Notes: generated by a model not told the origin, from the sequence alone. A stretch of 64,000 bases of DNA from Chitinophagales bacterium (GCA_044225825.1 JBGAIB010000010.1:20699-84698), one strand, 5' to 3'. Positions 28,320-40,200 are shown, counted from the first letter of the stretch. Numbers and translations are program-made.

Positions 28320-30974
28320 ATGCTGCGAAAAGTTTTAATTGGCCTGGGTGTTTTTTTGTTGCTGCTGATTGCCACGGCAATAGCACTGCCGTTTATTTTT
28401 AAGGATAAGATTAATGCACTGGTAAAAGAGGAGATCAATAAAAACCTGAATGCCAGGGTAGATTATGCCGATTACGGCCTAACGCTTATAAGCAGTTTCC
28501 CCAATTTTACCCTTACGCTTGATAATCTTTCGGTGGTGGGTATTGATAATTTTAAAGGCGACACTCTTGCTGCGGTAAAGCATACTGCAGTAACGATTGA
28601 CCTGATGAGTATGTTTAAGGGCGAGAAATACAAGTTACTGGCCTTTAAACTGGAAGAACCTGTGCTACATGCCATTGTGGATTATGATGGAAAGGCCAAC
28701 TGGGATATCGTTAAGCCAAGCACAACCTCTACCACTACCGAGCAATCGAAATTTGCGCTGGAAGCCAAAAAGGTGCAAATAACCGACGGCGAACTAAGCT
28801 ATGAGGATAGAAAAGGAGGGGCTGTAGCTTCCATCCACGATCTGGATTTTGAAGGCAGCGGAGATGTAACCCAGGATATTTATGATTTAACTACCAAAAC
28901 CAATATAGCTGCGCTGAGCTTTAAGAATGGGTTGGTATCATATTTAAGCAAAGCTAAACTGGAGGCTATCGTAAATCTATCGATTGATAACCGGGTTAAC
29001 AAGTATACGTTTAAGGACAATTCCATTAACCTGAATGATTTGGGATTGCAGTTTGACGGCTATGTGCAAACACAGAAGGAAGACTTAAACCTGGATGTGA
29101 ACTTTAAATCGAAGAAGACAGAATTCAAGAGCATATTATCGTTGCTGCCTGCCGTTTATGCTAAGGATTTTGATAAGATTAAAACCAGCGGTACACTTGA
29201 CCTGAAAGGCTCCGTAAAAGGGTTATATAACGTCAAAACCTATCCGGCCTTTAACCTGGATTGGAAGGTTGGAAATGCTATGTTCCAATATCCCGATTTG
29301 CCGGTAGCCGTACGCAACATCAATATAGTTTCTACTGTGGTTAAGCCACAGGGCAGCCTGGACCTGACAGTTGTGGACATCCCCAAACTGCATTTTGAAG
29401 CTGGAAGCGACCCGGTGGATGCCAAGATCAACGTTAAAACACCTGTAAGCGACCCTAATGTTAGTGCAGATATACACGGGACCATGAACCTGGCCAATGT
29501 GCCTAAGTTTTATCCTATGGAAGGCGTGAAAAGCATGGCAGGCTTGCTGAAATTAAATCTGCTGTTTAAGGGGCGTAAAAGTGATTTGGATAAGAAGAAT
29601 TACGAAGCTATTACCGCGGCAGGTGATGCCAACATCAGCGGGTTATATTACGACAGTAAGGATTTACCAATGCCGGTACGGGTAAACTCGATGCAGATGA
29701 ATTTTAGCCCACAGAATATTAAGTTAAGTAACCTGGTTGCCGTTGTAGGCCATACTGATTTAAATGCTTCGGGCACGCTGGATAACTTTATGAGCTATCT
29801 GTTTGGTAAGGGAGATTTAGTAGGAACACTGAATTTAAAATCTGGGGTATTTGATGCCAATGAATGGCTGAGCAAAGATGCCGATGCCCCTGTAAGTAAT
29901 ACTGCCACAAAGGACACCTCGCATACACAGTTTTTTAAGGTGCCGGCGCAAATCAACTTTACCGCTAATTCGGAGTTTGGAAAGATATTCTATGACAAGA
30001 TTGTGCTGCAAAATGTAAAAGGAGAGGTAGTAGTTAAAGATGAGGCGATTCACCTGAACAATCTGTTCGCGAATCTGCTTGGTGGTAGTGCTACCATTTC
30101 GGCGGATTATGTAACCAAGAATCTGAATAACCCGGATGTTAGTTTTACCTACGACATCAAGGATTTTGATATTCAGCAAACCTACAAGGCAGTTGACCTG
30201 AGTTCGAAGATGGCCCCGGTAATCAAGCATATCAACGGTGCATTCAGCAGCGATTTGAAAGGAAGCGGAAAACTAAATCCGGATATGAGTGTAGATTATA
30301 AATCGCTGACCGGAGATGGTAAGGTACAATTGACCAATGCCAAAATTACAGGTTTGCCTATGCTGGCCGAGATTACCAAGGTGGCAAAAATACCGGCCCT
30401 TCAAAATCTGGAATTAAAAGATGGCTGGACAGTTTTGAAGTTTAAGGACGGTAAAGTGAATGTGGACCCTACTGATTTTAAATTCGGCAATGGCTACAAC
30501 ATCAACTTTAAAGGCGCTAACGGTTTCGATCAAACCATTGATTACGATGTGCGCCTGGATGTGCCAAGCAAGGAGCTAGGCCCTGCCACTTCGGTAGCGC
30601 AAAGCATGTTGGCCAAAGTGCCCGGGGTAAGTGCTACTATGCCTGATGTAGTCGGATTTCTATTTAAAGTAACTGGCCCGTTCTCCAAGCCGCAGGTAAA
30701 ACTAAACAAGGTAACGGCGGGCGGCAGTTCAGTGAAGGATGTATTGACAGATACTGCTAACGACCTGAAAAAACAGGCAGAGGAAGAGGCTAAGAAGAAA
30801 GCCGATGAGTTAAAGAAACAGGCCGAAGATCAGTTTAACAAGCAGAAACAGGCTGCACAGGAAGCCGCAGATAAAGCCCGTAAAGAGGCAGAGCAAAAGG
30901 CACGCGAAGCGGCTGAGAAAGCAAAGAAGGAAGCTGAAGACAAGCTCAAAAATGTAATCAAGTGGCCTAAGTAA
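28320..30974 (+). CDS. AsmA-family outer-membrane biogenesis protein with a C-terminal K/E/A-rich coiled-coil tail
   Basis: N-terminal TM anchor, long AsmA-like periplasmic region, last ~120 aa highly charged (KKQAEEEAKKKADELKKQAEDQ…). Confidence 0.7.
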   Translation: MLRKVLIGLGVFLLLLIATAIALPFIFKDKINALVKEEINKNLNARVDYADYGLTLISSFPNFTLTLDNLSVVGIDNFKGDTLAAVKHTAVTIDLMSMFKGEKYKLLAFKLEEPVLHAIVDYDGKANWDIVKPSTTSTTTEQSKFALEAKKVQITDGELSYEDRKGGAVASIHDLDFEGSGDVTQDIYDLTTKTNIAALSFKNGLVSYLSKAKLEAIVNLSIDNRVNKYTFKDNSINLNDLGLQFDGYVQTQKEDLNLDVNFKSKKTEFKSILSLLPAVYAKDFDKIKTSGTLDLKGSVKGLYNVKTYPAFNLDWKVGNAMFQYPDLPVAVRNINIVSTVVKPQGSLDLTVVDIPKLHFEAGSDPVDAKINVKTPVSDPNVSADIHGTMNLANVPKFYPMEGVKSMAGLLKLNLLFKGRKSDLDKKNYEAITAAGDANISGLYYDSKDLPMPVRVNSMQMNFSPQNIKLSNLVAVVGHTDLNASGTLDNFMSYLFGKGDLVGTLNLKSGVFDANEWLSKDADAPVSNTATKDTSHTQFFKVPAQINFTANSEFGKIFYDKIVLQNVKGEVVVKDEAIHLNNLFANLLGGSATISADYVTKNLNNPDVSFTYDIKDFDIQQTYKAVDLSSKMAPVIKHINGAFSSDLKGSGKLNPDMSVDYKSLTGDGKVQLTNAKITGLPMLAEITKVAKIPALQNLELKDGWTVLKFKDGKVNVDPTDFKFGNGYNINFKGANGFDQTIDYDVRLDVPSKELGPATSVAQSMLAKVPGVSATMPDVVGFLFKVTGPFSKPQVKLNKVTAGGSSVKDVLTDTANDLKKQAEEEAKKKADELKKQAEDQFNKQKQAAQEAADKARKEAEQKAREAAEKAKKEAEDKLKNVIKWPK

Positions 30975-30991
30975 GCCTAGCTGAACAAATA

Positions 30992-31030
30992 AAAACGCCC
31001 TGCAACTTTCGAAGCAGGGCGTTTTGTTTA
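30992..31030. terminator. Bidirectional rho-independent terminator between the convergent asmA-like and flotillin genes
   Basis: AAAACGCCCTGC-AACTTTCGAA-GCAGGGCGTTTTGTTT. Confidence 0.7.
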
Positions 31031-31043
31031 ATTACGTTTACTA

Positions 31044-32957
31044 TTAATTCTGTTGGTCACTGTCTTTCTTCATTACCTTTTTCAACAGTTCCATACCAAG
31101 TAAACCACTGATGGGGCCATTGGCGCCATCGTTGTTGCCCCCGGCAATCAACACTTCCGGTATCACCTTAATTTTGTTGGTGCCTATGGCTTCAGTGATC
31201 TTTAACTGCGTAAAGTTATCGCCGCCCATAGCGCTTACTGCCAGTTTGTAAGCCTCGGCAGAGGACTTACCGATGGCCAGAATTTTTTCAGCTTCCGCGC
31301 TACCTGTTTTCGATATTTTTTCGGCTTCGGCATTGGCCATCAATTTTACCTGTTCGCTTTGCGCCTGTGCCACCAGCTTGGTTTTTTCTGCTTCCGCACT
31401 TGCCAATATCTTAATCCTGTCACTCTCGGCATTCGATTGCAAACGCACTGAATTGGCCTCACCGGTAGCTTTTTCCACAGCTGCGTCGGCAATGCGTTTG
31501 GCAATTACAACACCCTGGTCGGCCTTTACGATATCTTTCTGTATCTCGGCAATGGCTGTTTCCTTTTCAAGCGCCTGGCGTGTTTCCTGCGCTTTCATCT
31601 GGGTTTCGTATGTCACCTTCTGTTCTTCGGCCAGTTTACGATCCGTAAGGGTCTTCATCAGGCTTTCCGGAGGAACGATATCACCTATCAGGGTATCGAC
31701 GCCAAACACGTTGTATTGCTCCAATACCTTACCGATATGGTTGCGGGCGGCTTCCTGCCTTTCTTTACGGGTTCCCAGGAAGGCGATTACATCACTATCC
31801 TGCGTCGAGTTACGGAAATAGTTTCCGATGGTAGGTTCCAGTACCTGCGATACCAGGTTATTCATGTTACCGAAGCGGGCAATTACTTTAGGTGCTTCGG
31901 TAGAAGGTATGTGAATGATCTGCGATACATCCAGGTTGAACGGGAAACCGTCGCGCGAACGCACGGTAATGGTAGAAAGGTTCTTATCCAATTGGTGCGA
32001 TTCGCTGCGGGCACTTGCCCAGTTAAGCACCAGGTTGGTGGTAGGTACCAATTCCGACCGCATTATAAATGGGTTTAGCGGATACTTACCAGGCCCCATG
32101 GGTTCGGCCCAAACGCCTTTTTTGCCTTTGGCTACAATATTGCCATGCTTAAATTCTACACCGCTAAGGTCTTGCCCTTCTTCGCCCACATAGCTAATAA
32201 TAACACCAACGTGGCCAATAGGAATCTCCGTCATTTTCACTTCTTCGATTTTTACAAACCAGGGGTTGAGGTTATACGAGCCGGCCAGTATTACCTGCTG
32301 CTGTAAACCACGGTTACCACCTGCGGCTAAAAAGGCATCGGCGTCCTGGAAGTTAGTATGGCCTTCTACCGGTTTACCGGCAATTTGACCGGCTTCAATG
32401 GCTTCACCGTCCATCGTAGTAACAATGCCTACCATGTTCTCCTGAATATGTACCATATCGGTTATCATAAGATCGAAGAGAAAGGTGTTTATCCGATACG
32501 TACCTGCGGTAAGCACAGATGTTTGACGACCTTTGCGACCCCCGTTATTAATAAATGCTTCTGCATCCTGAAAGCTATCACAGTTGACCCGGCGAGCCAG
32601 AATGCGACCGGTTTCTAACTCGCGGCCATCCTTAGCAAGTAACAATCCGATTTTACCGTTAGGAATAACGGTAAACGATTGCATGGTTACATCGTATTGC
32701 CAGAACCAATACCAGAAGTAGATGCCCGGAGGCAGCGTGCCTGCCTGGAAACCGGCTTCGCCTTTAGTGGCAATAATCCGGCCTTCAGGTAATTGTTTGT
32801 GTTCGCCGAACAGCACAAACTTTTTGGTTACTAATCCTATTCTGTCTTCAGGTATGATAACAATGCCAAACAGGCGGAATAAAGGGCGGTAGAATACGAT
32901 CATTAGTATGACCGTTACAATAGGTACAATGATGTACAGCAATGAACTGATGTCCAT
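31044..32957 (-). CDS. SPFH/band-7 flotillin-family protein (YqiK-like)
   Basis: N-terminal TM helix, SPFH domain and an extended Ala/Glu-rich flotillin repeat region; 637 aa. Confidence 0.8.
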   Translation of the reverse strand: MDISSLLYIIVPIVTVILMIVFYRPLFRLFGIVIIPEDRIGLVTKKFVLFGEHKQLPEGRIIATKGEAGFQAGTLPPGIYFWYWFWQYDVTMQSFTVIPNGKIGLLLAKDGRELETGRILARRVNCDSFQDAEAFINNGGRKGRQTSVLTAGTYRINTFLFDLMITDMVHIQENMVGIVTTMDGEAIEAGQIAGKPVEGHTNFQDADAFLAAGGNRGLQQQVILAGSYNLNPWFVKIEEVKMTEIPIGHVGVIISYVGEEGQDLSGVEFKHGNIVAKGKKGVWAEPMGPGKYPLNPFIMRSELVPTTNLVLNWASARSESHQLDKNLSTITVRSRDGFPFNLDVSQIIHIPSTEAPKVIARFGNMNNLVSQVLEPTIGNYFRNSTQDSDVIAFLGTRKERQEAARNHIGKVLEQYNVFGVDTLIGDIVPPESLMKTLTDRKLAEEQKVTYETQMKAQETRQALEKETAIAEIQKDIVKADQGVVIAKRIADAAVEKATGEANSVRLQSNAESDRIKILASAEAEKTKLVAQAQSEQVKLMANAEAEKISKTGSAEAEKILAIGKSSAEAYKLAVSAMGGDNFTQLKITEAIGTNKIKVIPEVLIAGGNNDGANGPISGLLGMELLKKVMKKDSDQQN

Positions 32958-33184
32958 AGTTAAATTGTTTTTGGGTTTAATGGAATAATAAAGGGTATGT
33001 TGTTTGAATGTGTCAACAGCACAGCTCAGAATGGCTTACTGAGCGTACTCACGGCGGGATCATTTAGTGTATGGGTATATATGGTTGTTATGTATAAGAC
33101 GAAGTGCGCCGTGGCAAATTGTTTAAACTGGTTAAAATATTTTTTGCGCTATTCATTATCAATTAGTTATAGGGGCTTGGGGAT

Positions 33185-33224
33185 AAAAAAAATGCAGCCC
33201 GGTATCCGGACTGCATTTTTAAAA
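33185..33224. terminator. Bidirectional terminator downstream of the M43 protease gene
   Basis: An A-run, then TGCAGCCCGG-TAT-CCGGACTGCA, then TTTTT. Confidence 0.65.
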
Positions 33225-33239
33225 GGTTGTTGTCGGCGG

Positions 33240-34541
33240 TTAGTTTTTCTGGAACTTTTGAACGCTGATTTGGTCGCCCTGCATAAAACGCAGGAAGTAA
33301 ATACCGGCGGGTTGACTGCTGAGGTCAAGCGTGGTAGCATTCAATAAAATTCCGTCGTTCAGTTTTTCTCCTAAAGCATTCAATAAGGTGTATTGCACCT
33401 GGCTTAGTTGCGAAGGCAAGGTAATGTGCAGGCTGTTGCCGGCAGGGTTAGGATACACTGAAATTTTTGCCAGCGGTGTTTGTGGGTCTTTAATGTTGGT
33501 AGCGCCGTTTACAAATACGTCAGCTATACCTGCGCGTGAGGTTTGCAGCATAGCGTGCATTACATCAATTTGATGGTGTGTAAACATATTCAGGCAACGG
33601 TCGTCGCTATAGTCCATGTAGTTCTCAATCATATCCGGCACATCAACAGGTGCATCTACGCAGGAGTTGTCGGTGGTATCGCAGGTTTGTTGGTGTGCAT
33701 CCGAAGCCTTCGGGGTATCATCAATGCCATCGCCGTCAAATTTGTTGCAGCCGGTGGTATCGCCCCATATGTGACGTAAGCCAAGGTAGTGGCCGATTTC
33801 GTGCACGGCACTGCGACCACCTGCCACAGTTGGGTCAATAGGGGCAGTAAAATTGCGGCCTACACAAGGGTAATGTAATACTACACCCTGGTGTGCCGAG
33901 TCGGTAGAAGAACCAGCATCCCAGTTGGGGGCATTAACAGGAGGGAAGGCATAGCCCAAAACACCAAGGCCGTTCATGATGTTACAAACCCATACATTCA
34001 GATAACGATCAGTTGGCCAGCAATCCTTGCCGCCGGTGGCAGCTGTTTTTACGTTATCGGTAAATGGTTCGAAACCCAGAAAACCGGTAGGTGCCCCCTG
34101 CGTGCGGGTAATACCGTTTGTCGGGTTGCCATCGGGATCGGTAGTAGCCAGAACAAACTCAATATGGGTATCGCCCGCAACAGGTTTAAACACGTCGCGT
34201 GTTTTTACCGTATCGGCTGTAGTACGGCGGTAATCTTCATTCAGCACTTCGATTTGCGATTGAATTACTGAATCAGGGATGTTTTCTTCAGGGGCTGTAT
34301 ACACCACATGGAATACTACGCGGATGCGGTAAATGGTGTCATCGGCGCTGCGGTTATCGCGGTTTGATTTTGCTAGCTGCAAGGCCTTTTCGAAACAGGT
34401 ATTTACCTGCTGTTCGTAACCCGGATGTTGCTGGTCAAACGATTTGATAACATCGTAGCTGCCGCAGCGTTTGGTATACGTTTGGGCAAAGAGCGATGCC
34501 ATAAGGCAGAGCGCGAAAGCGGTACTAAGTATTCTTTTCAT
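33240..34541 (-). CDS. Secreted M43 (pappalysin/cytophagalysin-type) zinc metalloprotease with a T9SS C-terminal sorting domain
   Basis: HEIGHYLGLRHIWGD zincin motif; CTD …ISVYPNPAGNSLHITLP…GIYFLRF…. Confidence 0.85.
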   Translation of the reverse strand: MKRILSTAFALCLMASLFAQTYTKRCGSYDVIKSFDQQHPGYEQQVNTCFEKALQLAKSNRDNRSADDTIYRIRVVFHVVYTAPEENIPDSVIQSQIEVLNEDYRRTTADTVKTRDVFKPVAGDTHIEFVLATTDPDGNPTNGITRTQGAPTGFLGFEPFTDNVKTAATGGKDCWPTDRYLNVWVCNIMNGLGVLGYAFPPVNAPNWDAGSSTDSAHQGVVLHYPCVGRNFTAPIDPTVAGGRSAVHEIGHYLGLRHIWGDTTGCNKFDGDGIDDTPKASDAHQQTCDTTDNSCVDAPVDVPDMIENYMDYSDDRCLNMFTHHQIDVMHAMLQTSRAGIADVFVNGATNIKDPQTPLAKISVYPNPAGNSLHITLPSQLSQVQYTLLNALGEKLNDGILLNATTLDLSSQPAGIYFLRFMQGDQISVQKFQKN

Positions 34542-34564
34542 GAAGTGGGAGGAGTTTTAAGGTT

Positions 34565-36709
34565 CTATTTAGCCAATAATAATTTTCCGGTATAAGCGGC
34601 ATTGTTGCCAGTAAAATGCAGAAAATACAAACCGTTGGAATGGTTGTTCAGATCTATAAACAACGTGTTGGCGGTAATGTTTTCTTCCGTAACCATTTCA
34701 CCCAGCGCATTGGTAACTGCCACCTTGGAATAAGTGCCGGCAGCAGCCAAACGAACTGCCACCAACCCGGTAGATGGGTTAGGGAAAATTTGAACGGACG
34801 GTTTATTATCTATGGATGCTACTCCCAACGCCTGGTTATTCTCTGCATTTATGTTATCCAGATACAGCGCATTACCCCAGCCACTTACGTTTTCAAATTT
34901 AAAGGTCACCTTGTTTTGACCTGCTGCAAATGGTATCGGCAGGTTAACGGTTTTCCATTGGTTAGGCGAAGGTGTAAACTGTTGTGACTGATCAGGAGCG
35001 GTTGCCAGTACACTACCACTCTGGCTCCAGCAGCGGGTCCACTTGCTGCCACAGTTAAGGCTATAGTACACGTTCAGCGAATCGTAGAGGGTGCTGCTTT
35101 TTTGGGCATAGGCCAAATCGAATTTTAATTGCGGGTATGGCGTGTTACTAAAATCGTAGGCATCTGTAATAAGTGCATCGCGCTTTTTGTTAGGGTTAGT
35201 AGCGTAAGCCGAATTATCGAATACGGTGCTGGTATTGCTAAGGCCGTAAGCGCCGTTAAAGGAGGCTTGCCAGGTTAAATCGTTATTGGGGTTGTAGATA
35301 GACCAGTTTGTTTGCGGGAAACCGCCTTCAAAAGTTTCGGTAAACGGTAAAGCGGCTGCGTTTCCACCATCGTAGGCATAAAAGGTACCGTCTTTACTAT
35401 CGTTCAGGCTGTAGTTGTCCGCCCCTTGTCCGTTAACCCCTGTAAAGGTAACGTCAATGGTATTAAGGCCAGCGCTGGCTAATTGTACGGGCATAGCAAC
35501 ATCAACGGTTGCCAGGGGCGCTAACGAACCGTTCCAGGGTACAATTTGCACTCCACTACCATTTACCTGAAAGTAGAACGTACCGGAGGTGATTGTAGTG
35601 GTGCCTTCATTACGCAAGGTAATGTAAGGGGTAAATGAAAGAGAGCAGATGGTGTCGATTGGATTGGAAATGTTAGCCACCGCAGCATCCAGTGCATAGA
35701 AACATTGTGTGCTGGCATTCTTAATTGCACTACGTGGATTATCGAGCACAAAATTCATACGGTTAACCTGACCCTGCGTAAACATGTTGCGGCAGGCATC
35801 GTCGGTATAATCCATGTAGTTCATAAACATATCGCCATTGGGAGCCGAGCCGGTACAAGATACATGGGGGAAAGTTGGGCAACCAAAATTCATATCACCC
35901 TGGTCAGGGGTATCGCTGATGCCATCATTACCGGCTCCCTGATCGCCGGCACATTTGCCGCCATCATCGCCCCATACGTGCTGCAGGCCAAACCAATGTC
36001 CAACCTCGTGCGAAATAGTTTTTCCTAATGTATAAGTTGGTATCAGGGTTCCTGTTGTGCCGATTGTATTAAACCGCGCAACTACGCCATCCTCATCAGC
36101 AGGGCTGAAATAAGGGAAGGCCGAGTAGGCTAAAACACCATCCGTTACCAGCTGACCGCCCATGCGAACACTCCAGATATTGAGGTAGCGGGTATGATCC
36201 CAAATGGTGGCAGGTTTCAGGTAGTTATCAATAATAGAATCGCTGTTCCAGGTAGCCTGGGAGAATTGTTCGCGCAGGATGCCGGTTGTGGGGTTCCCGT
36301 CCGGATCAAAACGTGCCAGACAAAAATGAATGTGCGGATTACCCAATACACCTACAAATGCAGCAGGTATATTTACATTATCAGGGTCCAACGCATTGAA
36401 GTCGCGGTTGAGTGCATCAATCTGTGAAATTACCTGTGCATCGGTAATGTTTTCTCCGGTTCCGAGTGCATCGCCGTTATGGATAATATGGAAAACAACC
36501 GGCACATAAACCTCCTGTTGGAGTGCGTTTGCTCCACGTTGTTCACCACCTTGTTGCAGTTGCGCAAGTGCATCATTATACTGTTGCATTAATTGGGGAT
36601 TGGCAACAAGTTTGCGCTTTATCAGTTCAGCTGTTCCGCACCAGTTTTGTTGGGCTTGCAGGCTGATAAGAAACATGAGAAACAGGTAGAGGAGAATTGG
36701 CTTTTTCAT
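34565..36709 (-). CDS. Secreted M43 zinc metalloprotease, second paralog, with extra beta-rich domains and a T9SS CTD
   Basis: HEVGHWFGLQHVWGD; CTD VQIFPNPSTGLVAVRL…GLYFLHF. Start at MKKPILLYLFLMF; the track starts 5 codons earlier at 36724. Confidence 0.85.
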   Translation of the reverse strand: MKKPILLYLFLMFLISLQAQQNWCGTAELIKRKLVANPQLMQQYNDALAQLQQGGEQRGANALQQEVYVPVVFHIIHNGDALGTGENITDAQVISQIDALNRDFNALDPDNVNIPAAFVGVLGNPHIHFCLARFDPDGNPTTGILREQFSQATWNSDSIIDNYLKPATIWDHTRYLNIWSVRMGGQLVTDGVLAYSAFPYFSPADEDGVVARFNTIGTTGTLIPTYTLGKTISHEVGHWFGLQHVWGDDGGKCAGDQGAGNDGISDTPDQGDMNFGCPTFPHVSCTGSAPNGDMFMNYMDYTDDACRNMFTQGQVNRMNFVLDNPRSAIKNASTQCFYALDAAVANISNPIDTICSLSFTPYITLRNEGTTTITSGTFYFQVNGSGVQIVPWNGSLAPLATVDVAMPVQLASAGLNTIDVTFTGVNGQGADNYSLNDSKDGTFYAYDGGNAAALPFTETFEGGFPQTNWSIYNPNNDLTWQASFNGAYGLSNTSTVFDNSAYATNPNKKRDALITDAYDFSNTPYPQLKFDLAYAQKSSTLYDSLNVYYSLNCGSKWTRCWSQSGSVLATAPDQSQQFTPSPNQWKTVNLPIPFAAGQNKVTFKFENVSGWGNALYLDNINAENNQALGVASIDNKPSVQIFPNPSTGLVAVRLAAAGTYSKVAVTNALGEMVTEENITANTLFIDLNNHSNGLYFLHFTGNNAAYTGKLLLAK

Positions 36710-36775
36710 ACGGTTGGCAAACATAGCCGAATTAGGGACTTTGCGAAACGCCGCCCCCGCCGGGTGGATAATTTG

Positions 36776-37159
36776 CTAATTATAGATTCCGGGGTCTGGT
36801 TCATCGAAAAAGGCATCCTCAATATGGTAGATTTCAAAGCTGCCCTGTTTTACTGTAACTGAAACAATATCAAACCTTACCGGACTTTCAATTTCTTGTT
36901 GCTGAACAACAAAGGCGGCCGCAGCCTGCTTCATTAACCGGCGTTTAGCCTTGCTTACAAAGGTTTCAGGCTGGCCGTAAAGAAGATTACTTCGTGTTTT
37001 TACCTCGGTGAATACAATATACTTTCCATGACGGGTTATGAGATCCACCTCCGCCCTGCCACTACGATAATTCTGAGCCAGCAGAATATGCCCTTTGGAT
37101 AACAGAAGCTCTAAAGCTGCCTGTTCGCCTTGTTTACCGGTGTTGTTATGCGATGCCAT
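36776..37159 (-). CDS. YraN family (UPF0102) endonuclease-like protein
   Basis: GEQAALELLLSKGHILLAQNYRSGRAEVDLI…FTEVKTRS is typical of YraN. Confidence 0.8.
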   Translation of the reverse strand: MASHNNTGKQGEQAALELLLSKGHILLAQNYRSGRAEVDLITRHGKYIVFTEVKTRSNLLYGQPETFVSKAKRRLMKQAAAAFVVQQQEIESPVRFDIVSVTVKQGSFEIYHIEDAFFDEPDPGIYN

Positions 37160-37198
37160 TACTCAGGTAGTTCGGGTAAATGTAGCGCTATTCATAAA

Positions 37199-37243
37199 TA
37201 AAAAGCGCGTCCTTATTCCCATTCGGTATAAAGACGCGCTTTA
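37199..37243. terminator. Strong bidirectional terminator between the giant adhesin gene and yraN
   Basis: AAAAGCGCGTCCTTATTCCCATTCGGTATAAAGACGCGCTTT. Confidence 0.65.
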
Positions 37244-37262
37244 AAGAGTGCCGGTAGTTGGT

Positions 37263-40200
37263 TTAGTGCACCAGAGTTATACTGCCAACTTTTTGGATCT
37301 TCTTATTATCAAGGAAGGTGATATCAGCTTCGTAGGCGCTGAACTGGTTGGTGCTGTCAAACACTTTAATGCCCCAACGGTTGAAAATCTTTAAGTCTAC
37401 CGTCTTAATTCCTTCACCATAGATTTGGAATACATCGTTATTGCCATCACCATTTGGTGTAAAGGCATTCGGGATAAAGACCGGTAAATTGTTTTCAACC
37501 AGCACGTTAATAGTAGCCGTTGCCACGCAGTTTTTGTTGTAGGTAATGGTTAATACAAAATCGGTGCTGCGGTTGTACGGTGTAACCAGCGGGTTAGGAC
37601 AATCAATACAACTTAAACCAAGGGTAGGGCTCCAGTTGTAACTACTGATAACCGAAGTACTATATTGAGAGAAGGTGCTGATTAACTGCACGCTTTCGCC
37701 CAATTGAATAGTGGTATCGTGCGGCAGTATTTCTGCCACACCTTCTGCGGGTTCCAGGATCAGCGCCTGGTGGGTTGTAGGGCAACCCCAGTTATTAATG
37801 GCTTGTATGGTATGGTTGCCGGCACTCAGGTTATAAAAATCGCCGGAGTATTGCACCGGTCCGCCGTCTACACCAAATTGATAAGGCATATTCTGCGTGG
37901 TAAGGCCAATTATATGAATAGCACCGTCATCGTAATCGGCACCATAACAAGAGGTAGAATCGGTAGTGATAGTAAACACATCCGGAATGGCATCTACGAC
38001 TGTGCCCATGGCCGTATTGGTACAACCGTTGTTATCGGAATATACAATGCTGTAATCGCCGGGGGCAAGATCATATACCACCCCATTAATTGGGAAGAAG
38101 AAGTTGGCAAAATCCTGCGTAACCGAGAAGCTATAAGGTGGGGTACCACCGGTCATGGTGGCAGTTAAGGTACCATTTGCTTCGTCCTGGCATTTAACCG
38201 GGGTAGTGGTGATAATAGCGGTTAGATTGGTTGGCTGGTTTACATTGGCAGCACCTGTTGCCGAACAACTGCGGCTGTCGGTAACAGTTACCGAATAAAA
38301 GCCTGCCAATAAACCACTGGCAATCTGGGTGGCATCGCCACTACTCCACAAGAATGTGTAGGGCGGGGTACCACCTTGTGGGTTTGCATCTATGCTGCCG
38401 CTTGGGGCATTAAAGCAAAGAGCATCGGATGGAGTTGGATTTAATAGCAAGGCTGGGGGTGCTGTAATGGTTAAACTGGTGGAGGCACTGCAACCGTTAC
38501 CATCGGTAACAACAACGGTGTATGTGTTGGCACCTAAGCCTGTTTGGGGATTAGGACCAGCCTGTCCGTTCCAGGTATAAGTGAAGGTGCCTGTACCACC
38601 GGCAGGATTTACCTGAGCCGTACCATCGGTGCCACCTGCGCAGCTAACGTTGGTAACTACGGAGGCTCCAAATACAATGGCAGCAGGTTGGGTAATGTTG
38701 TAGGAGGCGCTTACCGAGCAGTTGTTGGCATCGTAAGCTGTTACGATGTAAGTGCCTGCAGCAAGGCTTGAAATTGTCTGTGTGTTGCCGCTAGGCGACC
38801 AGGTATAGGTGTAAGCACCGGTACCTCCTGCAGGATTAGCGGTTATGGATCCGGTATTACCACCATTGCATTGTAAATTAACGATGGTAGCTGCTCCTAA
38901 GGTGATAGCCGAAGACGGTTCTGTTACCTGGTATTGGGCAGTTACCGAGCATGAGTTGGCATCAGCAACTGTAACCGTGTAGGTATTAGCAGTTAAGCTG
39001 CTAATAGTTTGGGTGTTACCTGCTCCGGGGCTCCAGGTATAGTTGTAAGCACCTGTGCCGCCTGCAGGGTTTGCTGTAATCGATCCTGTTGCGCCACCAA
39101 AACAAGCCACATTGGTTATAGCGGCAGGATTAAGGGTTAAGGCCACAGGTTGGGTCACCGTATAGGTTGCCGTTTGGGTGCAGCTGGTATTATCGGTAAC
39201 TGTAACGTTATACGTGCCTGCAGGGATATTTAATAGGTCTTCGGTTGTGTAAGCGTTGTTGTTCCAGTTGTAAGTAAAGGTTGGTAAGCCATTGGTTATG
39301 GTTATGTCAATAGCCGCATCGCTGTTGCCGTTACATTGCACATTGGTTACAGTACCATTGATTTGAATTTGTGCCGGTTGATTTACGATATAGGAGGCTG
39401 TTGCGGTGCACAAGCTATCGTCGGTTACGGTTAGTTGGTACGTTTGAGCCGTTAAGCCTGAAGCCGTTTGATTGGTGCCACCGCCATTGTTCCAGAGGTA
39501 GGTATAAGGCGTTGCACCACCGGTAGGATTAGCCGTGATGCTACCGTTATTACTACCAAAACAACTTACGTTGGTGATAGCTGGTGCGCCTAACGATAAT
39601 CCGCTTGCAGGCTGTGCCAGAATTTGCGATACAGTGGCGGTGCAGCCTTTACTATCAGTAACAGTTACGTTATAGGTTGCTGCAGTTAAGCTTGTTGCGT
39701 TGGCCGTAGTTTGTGAACTATTCGGACTCCACTGATAGGTATAACCCGGGGCCCCCGGGGTACCACCACCGGCGGTTACATTTATAAATCCATCGTTACC
39801 ATTAAAGCAACGAATGTCCTTAAACGAACTTATGGTTAAAGTTAGTAACGGAGGCTGGTTGATTGTAAAGCTGCCCGTTACACTACAGTTGTTGCCGTCT
39901 TTTACAGTAACCGTGTAGTTGCCCTGGCCTAAGTTGGAATTTGTGGCGGTGCTTGGGCTGGGATTATTGCTCCATGTGTAGGTGTAACCTGCGCCTGTAC
40001 CACCGGAGGGCGTAAGGGCGATACTGCCCGTGCTGCCACCGTTGCAGCTAACATCGGTTACTACCTGCGTAAAACTTACTGCCGTTGGTTGGGTAAGTGT
40101 AATGGTGTCCTTACCGATACAGCCGAGTGCATCCGTAACTGTTACATAATAGGTGCCTGCTATTAGGTTTTGGGCTGAATCGATGTTGCCGGTTGCAGCA

